DNA of 33,577 nt from a virus (Duplodnaviria > Caudoviricetes): positions 1-33,577 of IMG/VR virus record IMGVR_UViG_3300030330_005348, one strand, 5' to 3'. Below are positions 25,636 through 33,577 of the stretch, one piece after another. Under the pieces are notes generated by a model, which had not been told where the DNA came from, did not search any database, and worked only from the letters and a program-made list of their open reading frames with translations. Numbering within the stretch: position 1 is the first letter of the stretch; each line of letters starts with the position of its first letter. The position numbers were made by a program, and so were the translations under genes.

Positions 25636-26232
25636 CTAGTCCTTTACAATATCATTTAAAAGTCTATTGATCTTGTCCGCCTTGGTCCACATGTTTGGTT
25701 CTTTATTTTCTTTCATCATAAAAGCGCCAGTTGTGGATGGCTCAGAAACCATGTCAAAGCAAATCAACTGAAAATCATCATTCACTCTTGCGGCTCCATT
25801 ATTCTCATCAACGGTTCCCAAACCACGGGAGGAGATGCCCACTTGACATCCTCCTTCAACAAGCGCTCGAAGTGTTTTTCCCGCTGGTGTCTCAAGTACT
25901 TTAATCTTGCCCATAACATCTTTGCCCTCAAACCACACCGCTGTAACAATGTGGGAGGCATTAGCAAGATTAACGATAGAAGATTCTGGATGGTCTAGTT
26001 CTCCTAGTGCTCTTTTTTCCTTGACAAGTTTCTTGTAGTTCTCCACTTCTCTCTCTAAAACTCGCATAGGATAAACTCTGCCATTTCCGTTTTGCGCTTC
26101 CGCCCTTTGCATCACGCCGGAAAGAATCAGTCCACCATTTGCGACATAGCGCTTTTCCTCTTCCGTTAGAAGATCTTGGCATGTTCCACCTTCGCATAGT
26201 TGATAAAATTCTGTTAATAACATTTTTGACAT
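25636..26232 (-). CDS. prohead core protease (T4 gp21-like), 198 aa
   Basis: NGNGRVYP, ALGELDHPE, ASH, GISSRGLG and FDMVSEPST motifs. Confidence 0.93.
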   Translation of the reverse strand: MSKMLLTEFYQLCEGGTCQDLLTEEEKRYVANGGLILSGVMQRAEAQNGNGRVYPMRVLEREVENYKKLVKEKRALGELDHPESSIVNLANASHIVTAVWFEGKDVMGKIKVLETPAGKTLRALVEGGCQVGISSRGLGTVDENNGAARVNDDFQLICFDMVSEPSTTGAFMMKENKEPNMWTKADKINRLLNDIVKD

Positions 26233-26267
26233 AATAATAATCCTTTGACGGGCGTTACCCGTGCGAG

Positions 26268-26321
26268 TTAGGAGCCTCTACAGCAACGTCTAACTGGTTG
26301 TAACATCCATTTCGCATTCAT
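26268..26321 (-). CDS. unannotated 17-aa peptide MNAKWMLQPVRRCCRGS
   Basis: ATG at 26321 has a near-perfect SD (AAGGAGGT) overlapping the upstream stop codon; TAA at 26270-26268. It fills an otherwise empty 100-nt gap. Confidence 0.65.
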   Translation of the reverse strand: MNAKWMLQPVRRCCRGS

Positions 26322-26332
26322 AAGAACCTCCT

Positions 26333-26647
26333 TTACTCGTGAATATTGTTAATCTTTATTCCGCTATCACTAATAACAACATTTAAAGCATATGATGTAG
26401 CCGAAGATAAACATCCTAAAATCAGCAAATTAGCGATATTATACTCAAAATTAAATAGTTCTGTTAAGCCATTTATTCCGAACAAAAATACCCCTACCCA
26501 AAAACCCGTACACATCGGGCAATGAATAAGTGCGCCAAACCAATCAGATTTTTCCAAAATCCAATGGCGTTGATTTTCAAATATACTACCGTAAACTAAG
26601 ATTTGGGTCATGCCCCAAGAGGCGAGAATAAAATATAAAAGTTCCAC
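26333..26647 (-). CDS. small membrane protein with CxxC (DUF1360-like), 104 aa
   Basis: About three hydrophobic segments and an LIHCPMCTGFWVG motif. Confidence 0.7.
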   Translation of the reverse strand: MELLYFILASWGMTQILVYGSIFENQRHWILEKSDWFGALIHCPMCTGFWVGVFLFGINGLTELFNFEYNIANLLILGCLSSATSYALNVVISDSGIKINNIHE

Positions 26648-27195
26648 TATTCGTACCTATACATCCCTGCTAAACCATAATAATAACCCGGATAACCCGG
26701 ACTTAATGTCCCTTTCTTTTCTTTTTGTGGAACCTCGCCGAGGTTAGTGCTGTCTTCTTTATCTGGGTGGAGTAACCTTTCGTCTTCCATGTCATCAATA
26801 TACTCGAATGAATCCATGTATGCTTGTTCGGACTCCATAAATCCAGCGATATTATAAAGAACTATTTCTGTAAGATTATCTACTTTTGCTTCCTTTGGGT
26901 ATGCTGCCTCAATTGAGCCAAACACATTTGAGCCCTTAACGCTTTCAGGCAAGACAACCCCCTTCTTGAATAGAAAATCAAAAAGCCTGTTTTGACTCTT
27001 GTAAACCAATTCTCCAAAATCTTTTTTTGAATAAGCGGTGATCTTGCCAGCTTGCTCGTCCAAAACAATGTCCATGTCAATGTGATTAAAAACCATAATT
27101 TGCCCAGAAAGAGAGCGCCTCATATCAAGATTCCTGATCTCGTTCTCCATCACGTCTAATGGTAGCTGATTTTTAATTGTAATTTTAACAGTCAT
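26647..27195 (-). CDS. hypothetical protein, 182 aa
   Basis: Tightly coupled ORF between the portal and protease genes. Confidence 0.75.
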   Translation of the reverse strand: MTVKITIKNQLPLDVMENEIRNLDMRRSLSGQIMVFNHIDMDIVLDEQAGKITAYSKKDFGELVYKSQNRLFDFLFKKGVVLPESVKGSNVFGSIEAAYPKEAKVDNLTEIVLYNIAGFMESEQAYMDSFEYIDDMEDERLLHPDKEDSTNLGEVPQKEKKGTLSPGYPGYYYGLAGMYRYE

Positions 27196-27196
27196 T

Positions 27197-28027
27197 TTAG
27201 TTATTTATTTCCCTAGCCAATTCTTGGATCTTTAAGATCTTTTTTAAATCACCATCCTCCAAAGGCTTTTGGCTAAAAGCCTCTAGAAGCTCCAACACTT
27301 GATCTGCTTTGTGCGACATCTCCTTGTCTTCAATGAACTCTCTAGTCTCTTTCGCTGTGGAAACCTCTTCTTTGAGTCTCCCAATTTCTGTATTTAGATA
27401 GATCTGAAATTCTAGGTCGTTACCAACACCAGAAGCAATAAATCTAGATAATAAAGTTTTTTGCTCCTCAAGGAGACCGGAATATTCATTGTTAAATCTT
27501 TCCACAAAAGACTTGAATACAAGATTATCAATGTGCTTAAGCTCCTTGTTCTCAGATTCTCGTATACCCTCAGTCATAAGTTGCAGAGCCTCTTCCTCAA
27601 GAAGAACTCGCTCCTTAGCAGAAAGGTTGAGGTTGTTGAAAACTTGGTGAAGTGTAGCCAAGTTTTTATAGTTTGGGACAAATGTTGTGAATACGTCTTT
27701 AGAAAGCTCCTTGTTGATTCTAGAAATCATTTGACTTTGTTCCGAGAATATTTGCTTCTTGTCAAGAACAGAATATTCAATTTTAGATTCGGACAAGATT
27801 TTCTCCGCAATTGTTGATTTAGCCTGTGTTGTGTCTAGTATGTTTTTGTAAATCTGCACTTCTCTACCCATAACAGTTTCCTTATTAAAGTGCTCCCTAA
27901 CAAGGCTTAAGATAGTCTCTCTCCTGTCTTGGTCCTTCTCAACTGTGGCTTTTGTCAATTCTCTGACGAGCGCTTCGTAAAGGAAAATGGTGTTCCTTTT
28001 TTTGTTGTGCTTAATTTTCGCTGACAT
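27197..28027 (-). CDS. hypothetical protein, 276 aa
   Basis: Overlaps the end of the portal gene; starts KIKHNKKRNTIFLYEALVRE; helical composition. Confidence 0.75.
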   Translation of the reverse strand: MSAKIKHNKKRNTIFLYEALVRELTKATVEKDQDRRETILSLVREHFNKETVMGREVQIYKNILDTTQAKSTIAEKILSESKIEYSVLDKKQIFSEQSQMISRINKELSKDVFTTFVPNYKNLATLHQVFNNLNLSAKERVLLEEEALQLMTEGIRESENKELKHIDNLVFKSFVERFNNEYSGLLEEQKTLLSRFIASGVGNDLEFQIYLNTEIGRLKEEVSTAKETREFIEDKEMSHKADQVLELLEAFSQKPLEDGDLKKILKIQELAREINN

Positions 28028-29966
28028 CTTTCTTGGTCTCCAGTTCCGTAATCAATGCTTTTACTTCGTTGTTAATTTCAAAGATTTTTCTTTCTTCTTC
28101 TCTATAATTAGATTCTTGTTCTTCTTTAATCCCTCTTGCTAGGCGGGAAAGGTCTTGATAGCCCTTGTTTATGTTTCTACTAGTGCTACTAGCTAAATTA
28201 CTTCCCGCATCTGAAGACATCTGCCTTTGCATGGACCTTTTGCCAGAAAGATCTGTGCGGGGCTTATACCATTTTCCCTTGGATTTAGAAGTTGTGGTCA
28301 TCTTCTTACCAGCTACTTTTTTTTCAATCTTGTCATCTCTATTGGCTGGGGGTGTTGCTAAAAGATTTGTTTCTGGCTCCTCGGGCGGCTCCTCGGCTGC
28401 CAATTCTTCTGTGCCGCCTTCTTCAGCGCCGAGGTCATCCAGACCCTCGCCTCCGGGTTCGTCGCCCATGAGATCTTCCATTCCTCCGCCTCCTAGACCT
28501 CCGCCCATGTCTGCGGCTTCAGCTGATTGATCAAGCTGGGCGGTAATTATCCTATCGTGGAACATTTCTCGCTGGTTACGTAAGAACTCCTCCTCCGAGA
28601 TGGCAAAGAGGTTTTCTGCGATCCAGCGCTTGGAGAAGAAGCCTTCTGCTGCTGCAGAAGCAACGTCAAACTTGGTTCTCCACTGTTCCAAGTCTTGGAG
28701 TTCAGCAATCTTGGAGGGGTTATTCATCGAGAGCTTGAAAGAAATAAGATCGTTTTCTCTATATCCCAAAGTGAAAAGGTGGATAATGGCAATCTTTTCC
28801 AACTCTGTGATCACAACTCTTTGTAATCTTTGGATTGTTCTCGCAAAACGAATGTCTTTTTGGGCTAGAGTTGCCTTGTCTTCATCAGCACCTTCACCAC
28901 GAAAGAGATACGACTGTGGGATTTTAAGTGCCGAGAATAGTTTGTCCTTTAGGTATTTAACATCATCAATATCGCCCGTGTAGGTTCCTCCGGGCAAACT
29001 TTCAACCCTTGTTGATTGACCGCCACGAGTAGGAATAAAATAATCCTCATCAACTGACATTGGATTGTATCGAAGATCAACGCGACCTGTATCAGCGTCA
29101 ACAACTTGATTGCGCTTCATAGAGGTCATAACCTTCTGCATGTACTGTTCAACATCGTTAGGAGCCATGTTCCCAACGTCAACGTAAAAAACCCGGCGTT
29201 CTGGGGACCGGACGATGCGATAAGCCATCATAGCATCTTCAAGCAACGTAAGTTGTCTAAATATTCTCCTCGATGGATCCAGAACTGAAGTCCCATACGG
29301 GGCATGTTTATCGTTCCCAAGTACACGGAAGTGAGCAACCTGCCAATTCTCGAAAGTAAGACCCGCTGAATTCCATTGGTATTGAACGTAGTTTGGGTTC
29401 GTCTTGTCCTCTCCCTCTAAGCGCTCCACCTCTCTGAGTGGGAGACTAATAACGTTTTCTATGCCTGTTTTTTCGTCGATGTCCAAGTATAGAATGTAGT
29501 CTCCATATTTACACAAGGTTCTACACCAATTAAAAATGTTGTGTTCTATGTTGAGTACATTGTGAAAAAGTGAATTTAAAATAACCTTTATCTCTTCATT
29601 TTGACAATGGATGTTTAAAAGGGGCTTCATCGGAGAAGAGGTGGTCATTTCATCAGCATAGATGTCCAGCGCGGAGGCGATGATTGGCTCATACTCCATT
29701 TGATCGAAGTCAATATATCTTTGGAGTCTAGATTGGTTTTGGTAAACATTAGCCGATAAGTCGGAAAATGGATTGTACCCCATTCTCTTAAATTGTTTGC
29801 CCGATGCGGATTGGAATTGGGTGGCATATTTATCCAGATCTCTTCTTTTATTTTGATTTACATTTTGTGCTCGATAATTTACGATAGGACCAGAAAAAAG
29901 CCTAGTCAATCTTTTAAAGAGAGGAGATGCGGGATTTCTTACGTTCTTTCCGTTTTTGGGAGCCAT
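28011..29966 (-). CDS. portal protein (T4 gp20-like), 651 aa
   Basis: IASALDIYADE, LEDAMMAYRIVRSPERRVFYVDVGNM, EDYFIP, LPGG, DIDDVKYL, ALKIP and DIRFARTIQRLQ motifs. Confidence 0.95.
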   Translation of the reverse strand: MAPKNGKNVRNPASPLFKRLTRLFSGPIVNYRAQNVNQNKRRDLDKYATQFQSASGKQFKRMGYNPFSDLSANVYQNQSRLQRYIDFDQMEYEPIIASALDIYADEMTTSSPMKPLLNIHCQNEEIKVILNSLFHNVLNIEHNIFNWCRTLCKYGDYILYLDIDEKTGIENVISLPLREVERLEGEDKTNPNYVQYQWNSAGLTFENWQVAHFRVLGNDKHAPYGTSVLDPSRRIFRQLTLLEDAMMAYRIVRSPERRVFYVDVGNMAPNDVEQYMQKVMTSMKRNQVVDADTGRVDLRYNPMSVDEDYFIPTRGGQSTRVESLPGGTYTGDIDDVKYLKDKLFSALKIPQSYLFRGEGADEDKATLAQKDIRFARTIQRLQRVVITELEKIAIIHLFTLGYRENDLISFKLSMNNPSKIAELQDLEQWRTKFDVASAAAEGFFSKRWIAENLFAISEEEFLRNQREMFHDRIITAQLDQSAEAADMGGGLGGGGMEDLMGDEPGGEGLDDLGAEEGGTEELAAEEPPEEPETNLLATPPANRDDKIEKKVAGKKMTTTSKSKGKWYKPRTDLSGKRSMQRQMSSDAGSNLASSTSRNINKGYQDLSRLARGIKEEQESNYREEERKIFEINNEVKALITELETKKDVSEN

Positions 29967-29970
29967 TTTT

Positions 29971-31545
29971 TTATCCTTTAAGAATCCAATTGAATTGTTG
30001 TTGTTCTTTTATTCTATCACTTTTTCCGACTGGTTTATAGCCCTGTTGACCCGGAATTGTTGTATTTAGTTCACTTTTTGTTCTAGTCATCGTGCTAAGA
30101 AACGCTTTTGTATATTGCACATCTCTTTGGTTGGTTTCCAATGCGGTATCTCTAACCCAGCAACCAATAGCAAAAGCCATAACCAAGTCATCGTTATACA
30201 TACGCATAGCTTGGGGGCGACCGTTTTGCCAAACAAAAGTCTCTAGCTCATTAAATAGTCTAGTAGAATATATTGTAACTAGTTTATTTCTAATGAATTC
30301 TTCCATTTTTGCTACAATCAATGGTCTCGTCTTGGAGGTCGTAGAGAAGCCAGCGACAGCATTAGATTGTGTTTCTCCCAGATAAGAATCAATGTATTCG
30401 TGAGTGGACTTGACCGAGTAGTAAAGGTTTGGGTAAGCCATGTCCCTAAGTTTATCCAGAACAGCAAAGCCAACAGAATTGTTCTCAATTACCATTAAGC
30501 ACTCACCAAACTCTTTGCCCACTTCATTTAACATATTGGCGAACAAATCTGGTGTTATTTTTGATTTGTACTCTCCGACAATTTCCATCGTTGACAATTT
30601 CATGATGTGGAAAACAGAACTATCTTTATCATCACCACGAGCAACGTCGGCTACAAGAAGATAGCTTTCTCCCGGTTGATACTCTTCCCAAATCCAAAAG
30701 TTTCTATCAAAACCTGTTTTATACTTTGGGTCCTGAAGTCCTTTCTTTATTCTAGCCATATCCTCGGGGTGAATAACGGTTTCACCAGACATATTAAAAT
30801 TACATTCATACTCTTGAGCCACTTGTCGCTGGGACATGTTTTTCGTTTCTTCCTCGAACCATTCGTCATCTCGATCAGGATGGACATGCCATGGGAGAAT
30901 AGTTGGAAAGAAATCATTGATGCCTGCTTCTGCGTCAACATAGGTTTGATGAAACCAATTGCCCACACCATTTGGAGTGGATAGAGCGATACATCGACCC
31001 CCTGTTGACAGGGTAGGGTAAAGACCAGTCCAAAGTTCATCAAGCCCCTCAACATGTGCTGCCTCATCAATAACAAGAAGAGACAAAGCTTCTGAACGAC
31101 CTGCGTCACCAGAAGTTGTTGATGCCTTGATCTGAGAGCCATTATTTAATTCAAAGGAGGCTCTGTTGTCAATAGAAATTGTTGCTATCTGCATCCATTC
31201 TGGTAGGTTTTTGATGATTGCCTTAACTTTCTTGACCAGATTGGCTGCTGTCTGAAACTTGGTAGCCATGACGAGAATGTTTTTGTCTCGGTGAAAAAGC
31301 ATCATCCAAGACACATACGCAGCAGTGATGGTAGAAATGCCCAACTGTCGCCCTTTCAATATGACATTGAAGCGATGATCATTAAAATCTTTTAGGAGTT
31401 GGGTTTGAAAATCGTAGGTATTGAAAGGTACGGTGCCGTGGATTGGGTGGGAGATCCTAGCATAACTATTGATAAAAAAGTCAGGGTCTTTGCCACACTT
31501 GACTATTTCAGCGAGTATCTCTTTTTTAGAAAGTTTATAAGCCAT
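29971..31545 (-). CDS. terL: terminase large subunit (T4 gp17-like), 524 aa
   Basis: YDFQ (Q motif), LKGRQLGIST (Walker A), LLVIDEAA (Walker B), LSTPNG (coupling motif), QEYEC, nuclease ADVARG.D.D and NDDLVMA. Confidence 0.96.
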   Translation of the reverse strand: MAYKLSKKEILAEIVKCGKDPDFFINSYARISHPIHGTVPFNTYDFQTQLLKDFNDHRFNVILKGRQLGISTITAAYVSWMMLFHRDKNILVMATKFQTAANLVKKVKAIIKNLPEWMQIATISIDNRASFELNNGSQIKASTTSGDAGRSEALSLLVIDEAAHVEGLDELWTGLYPTLSTGGRCIALSTPNGVGNWFHQTYVDAEAGINDFFPTILPWHVHPDRDDEWFEEETKNMSQRQVAQEYECNFNMSGETVIHPEDMARIKKGLQDPKYKTGFDRNFWIWEEYQPGESYLLVADVARGDDKDSSVFHIMKLSTMEIVGEYKSKITPDLFANMLNEVGKEFGECLMVIENNSVGFAVLDKLRDMAYPNLYYSVKSTHEYIDSYLGETQSNAVAGFSTTSKTRPLIVAKMEEFIRNKLVTIYSTRLFNELETFVWQNGRPQAMRMYNDDLVMAFAIGCWVRDTALETNQRDVQYTKAFLSTMTRTKSELNTTIPGQQGYKPVGKSDRIKEQQQFNWILKG

Positions 31546-31563
31546 TTCTACAACGGTGGGTTA

Positions 31564-32058
31564 TTAATTCTTAGAAGTATCTATCCATCTTTTAATATTT
31601 TCATTGATGTCTTTTGGCTGGTCTTCTTCTAGTACACCCTCCGCTCCACCAATTTTATAGATACAGCTCGATTGATACCAAGTGCGAACATTTGACATCT
31701 TTTGAACAAGAATATCGGTATCTCCCTCTCTTGTTAATCGAAGGTTTTTACCAGAAGCTCCTCTGTATTCTTTTTGGATGAAAGAGATAATATCAGCAAT
31801 GTTCTGTTCAACCATATCTTGAAAGTTTGGCTTTTGAACTTGTTTGATATTACATTCGGAAGAATAACTAAGAATCATCTTGTCACCCTGAAATCTAACA
31901 CCGAAGCCGTCAACAAGCCTGCTGTCTGTTACAGCATTGTCAACTTCTCTTTTGAGCCCGATTTTTACTGGTTTTCCTTCTTCATCTAGTGCGCCGTCGT
32001 AACCCTTGGTGGATACGATGTTTTGAATTGTTTGTACAACATCTAAAATATTAGCCAT
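31564..32058 (-). CDS. hypothetical protein, 164 aa
   Basis: ORF directly upstream of terL, overlapping the previous gene. Confidence 0.75.
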   Translation of the reverse strand: MANILDVVQTIQNIVSTKGYDGALDEEGKPVKIGLKREVDNAVTDSRLVDGFGVRFQGDKMILSYSSECNIKQVQKPNFQDMVEQNIADIISFIQKEYRGASGKNLRLTREGDTDILVQKMSNVRTWYQSSCIYKIGGAEGVLEEDQPKDINENIKRWIDTSKN

Positions 32059-32467
32059 TATCTTTCCCCTTATAAAAGTTTCCTAAAAACTCTACTCTTT
32101 GGTCTATGTCTGCCCAGCGTTCTTCTCTGCCTTCAACAAAATACATATAGCAATTCCAACAGCAATCATACTTGTTCATATACATATCGTCTTTTAGAGA
32201 AAACGAGTATTCAAAGCAAGCAGGGCAAACACGGTCTTCGTCTTTAGTAAGTAGTTTTTTTGATACGAAAAAACCATCTTTATTAATCTTTTCAACATCT
32301 TCTCTTCGACTGAGTTCTTTTTTGTGTTGTATCTTGATTTGCTCTAGATAATTAAGTTCCTTTTCTTTCGTCCATCCTGACTTTGGATTTACGATTGTTT
32401 TGGGACCATACTTTTTGGAAATTGCTTGCTCTATTTTTGCTACCGTATTCAAATCGTGCTTCTTCAT
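32051..32467 (-). CDS. hypothetical protein with a putative zinc finger (CPAC...CCWNC), 138 aa
   Basis: CxxC and CCxxC motifs in the C-terminal half. Confidence 0.7.
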   Translation of the reverse strand: MKKHDLNTVAKIEQAISKKYGPKTIVNPKSGWTKEKELNYLEQIKIQHKKELSRREDVEKINKDGFFVSKKLLTKDEDRVCPACFEYSFSLKDDMYMNKYDCCWNCYMYFVEGREERWADIDQRVEFLGNFYKGKDNG

Positions 32468-32476
32468 TTAACACCA

Positions 32477-33397
32477 TTATACATCTAATTTATCTAGTTT
32501 TTCAGCCAAAAGATCTATTTTATTTTGCTGCTCTTTCACAGCCTCAACCAAAAACGAAATAATTCTAGTGTAATCCATTGTATTTGCGTATTGGGGATCA
32601 GCGCTCCATTCAACAATCTCAGGGATTACTTTACCAACCTCCTCCGCAATGAAACCAAAATCTTTTTTTCCTGTATCCTTCCAATTATATGAAACACCTT
32701 GAAGTTTGCTTATTGTCTTAACAGCAGACTCAAGAGGTTCAACATCTTTCTTATACCTTATAGAAGAATATGACACAAAAGCATTAGCCTTAACTTGCCC
32801 TGCTGGTCCGCTTGTGTCTGGCAATGTAACAGCATGAGTGGCGTTTCCTTCTCCAACTCCTACTCCAAGATACTTCTCTATATTGACAGCAGAACCAGAT
32901 ATTGTTACTCCGCCGTTAAATGCGGACCCTGATATGACTAGAGCATTGGTTGGGGACGTTTGAAAAAATATCTTTGCCTCGTTATTTGGTCCGAAATTGA
33001 AAGCTGATGCGTCCCCCTCTGATCCCACAAACTGAATTGCGCCGCCTATTTTAAGAGGAGAAGCTCCCTCTAGGGTTCCATCTATCTGAATTGTTGAGCC
33101 GGACAACACGATGCCCTGATCAGAACCCGAAATAACTAAAAAATCATCCAAATTCTCGTTATATTCTATGAAGGCATCTGAGTTTGTACCGAAAATCAAC
33201 TTTACATCGTCGGCAATCTTCAAGTCGGTTCCATCAAAAGTAAAGGTGGATATGTTACCAAAAGATCCGTTGTTGTTATACTGAATGTGCGTGTTAGATC
33301 CAGCAGGATTAGTTACTCCAGAAGAAGGAGTAGAGAGTGCCGCCTGCTGTTTTATCAAAGCCATCAATTTATTGTGGCTATACTTACCTATCGCCAT
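32477..33397 (-). CDS. short fibre/spike protein with a C-terminal S74-type chaperone, 306 aa (start reassigned to ATG 33397)
   Basis: AGSNTHIQYNNNGSF fibre motif. C-terminal SYSSIRYKKDV...YNWKD...FGFIAEEV...MDYTRI...LVEAVKEQ; SD GGAG precedes 33397. Confidence 0.8.
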   Translation of the reverse strand: MAIGKYSHNKLMALIKQQAALSTPSSGVTNPAGSNTHIQYNNNGSFGNISTFTFDGTDLKIADDVKLIFGTNSDAFIEYNENLDDFLVISGSDQGIVLSGSTIQIDGTLEGASPLKIGGAIQFVGSEGDASAFNFGPNNEAKIFFQTSPTNALVISGSAFNGGVTISGSAVNIEKYLGVGVGEGNATHAVTLPDTSGPAGQVKANAFVSYSSIRYKKDVEPLESAVKTISKLQGVSYNWKDTGKKDFGFIAEEVGKVIPEIVEWSADPQYANTMDYTRIISFLVEAVKEQQNKIDLLAEKLDKLDV

Positions 33398-33575
33398 TTG
33401 ATTTGATCTCCACGGCGACTGCAAAGACTGCTATGGAAAGAACTATACCACCAAGCACACCACCGGCAAGCCACCAATGGCTGTTGTCATTTGGTCTTTC
33501 TAGTGCTAGTTCCTGTAGTCGCTTGTTCTCCTCGTCTTTTATATTGAGAAGATTTGTGTATTTGTCTGTTGCCGA
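33384..33575 (-). CDS. 3' end of a coiled-coil protein with a C-terminal transmembrane helix (possible spanin/lysis-related)
   Basis: Manual translation gives ...LLNIKDEENKRLQELALERPNDNSHWWLAGGVLGGIVLSIAVFAVAVEIKSNGDR*; the start lies outside the window. The function is a guess. Confidence 0.55.
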   Translation of the reverse strand, partial: SATDKYTNLLNIKDEENKRLQELALERPNDNSHWWLAGGVLGGIVLSIAVFAVAVEIKSNGDR

Positions 33576-33577
33576 GG

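Noticed and set aside
25210-25659. 149-aa plus-strand ORF, longer than the overlapping minus-strand ORF
   Set aside because: The minus-strand 138-aa ORF fits the operon packing (1-7 nt gaps) and orientation; the plus ORF is its mirror.
29971-31545. Intein or intron in terminase, portal, capsid or polymerase
   Set aside because: The ORFs are continuous, with no intein splice motifs or homing-endonuclease motifs visible.
30276-32255. Further ACTANTTA matches inside coding regions (30283-30276, 32255-32248)
   Set aside because: They are degenerate matches within AT-rich codons and plausible by chance, so they were not counted as promoters.
1-33577. Alternative genetic code (stop-codon reassignment)
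   Set aside because: Genes are full length in the standard code, and TAA, TAG and TGA all end genes at tightly packed boundaries.

Overview
A fragment of a large T4-superfamily-like (contractile-tailed) dsDNA phage genome. It is almost entirely coding on the minus strand and uses the standard genetic code. In transcription order (right to left) it holds: a partial membrane-anchored coiled-coil gene; a short fibre with an S74-type chaperone; two unknowns; terminase large subunit; portal; two unknowns; a CxxC membrane protein followed by an unannotated 17-aa Cys-Cys peptide; prohead protease; an unknown; a ribosomal protein bS21 homologue; a small virion protein; an 880-aa repeat fibre with an S74 chaperone; an unknown; scaffold; major capsid; neck and tail-completion genes; sheath; tube; a gp26/gp51-like chaperone pair apparently joined by a +1 frameshift; an unknown; tape measure; baseplate genes; a His-rich unknown; a minimal family-A DNA polymerase; a divergent tubulin/FtsZ-like protein; and the start of a probable ssDNA-binding protein behind a sigma70 promoter. 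The most notable observations are: (1) a [S/T]-G-S tripeptide found 27 times in six predicted surface virion proteins and not seen in the other called proteins, a possible virion-modification sequon; (2) a U7 +1 frameshift site; (3) an intergenic ACTAWTTA motif, roughly the reverse complement of the T4 late promoter; (4) bS21 inside the head module; (5) the hidden Cys-Cys peptide. All product calls come from motif recognition and synteny by eye. No database searches were run, and all counts are manual.
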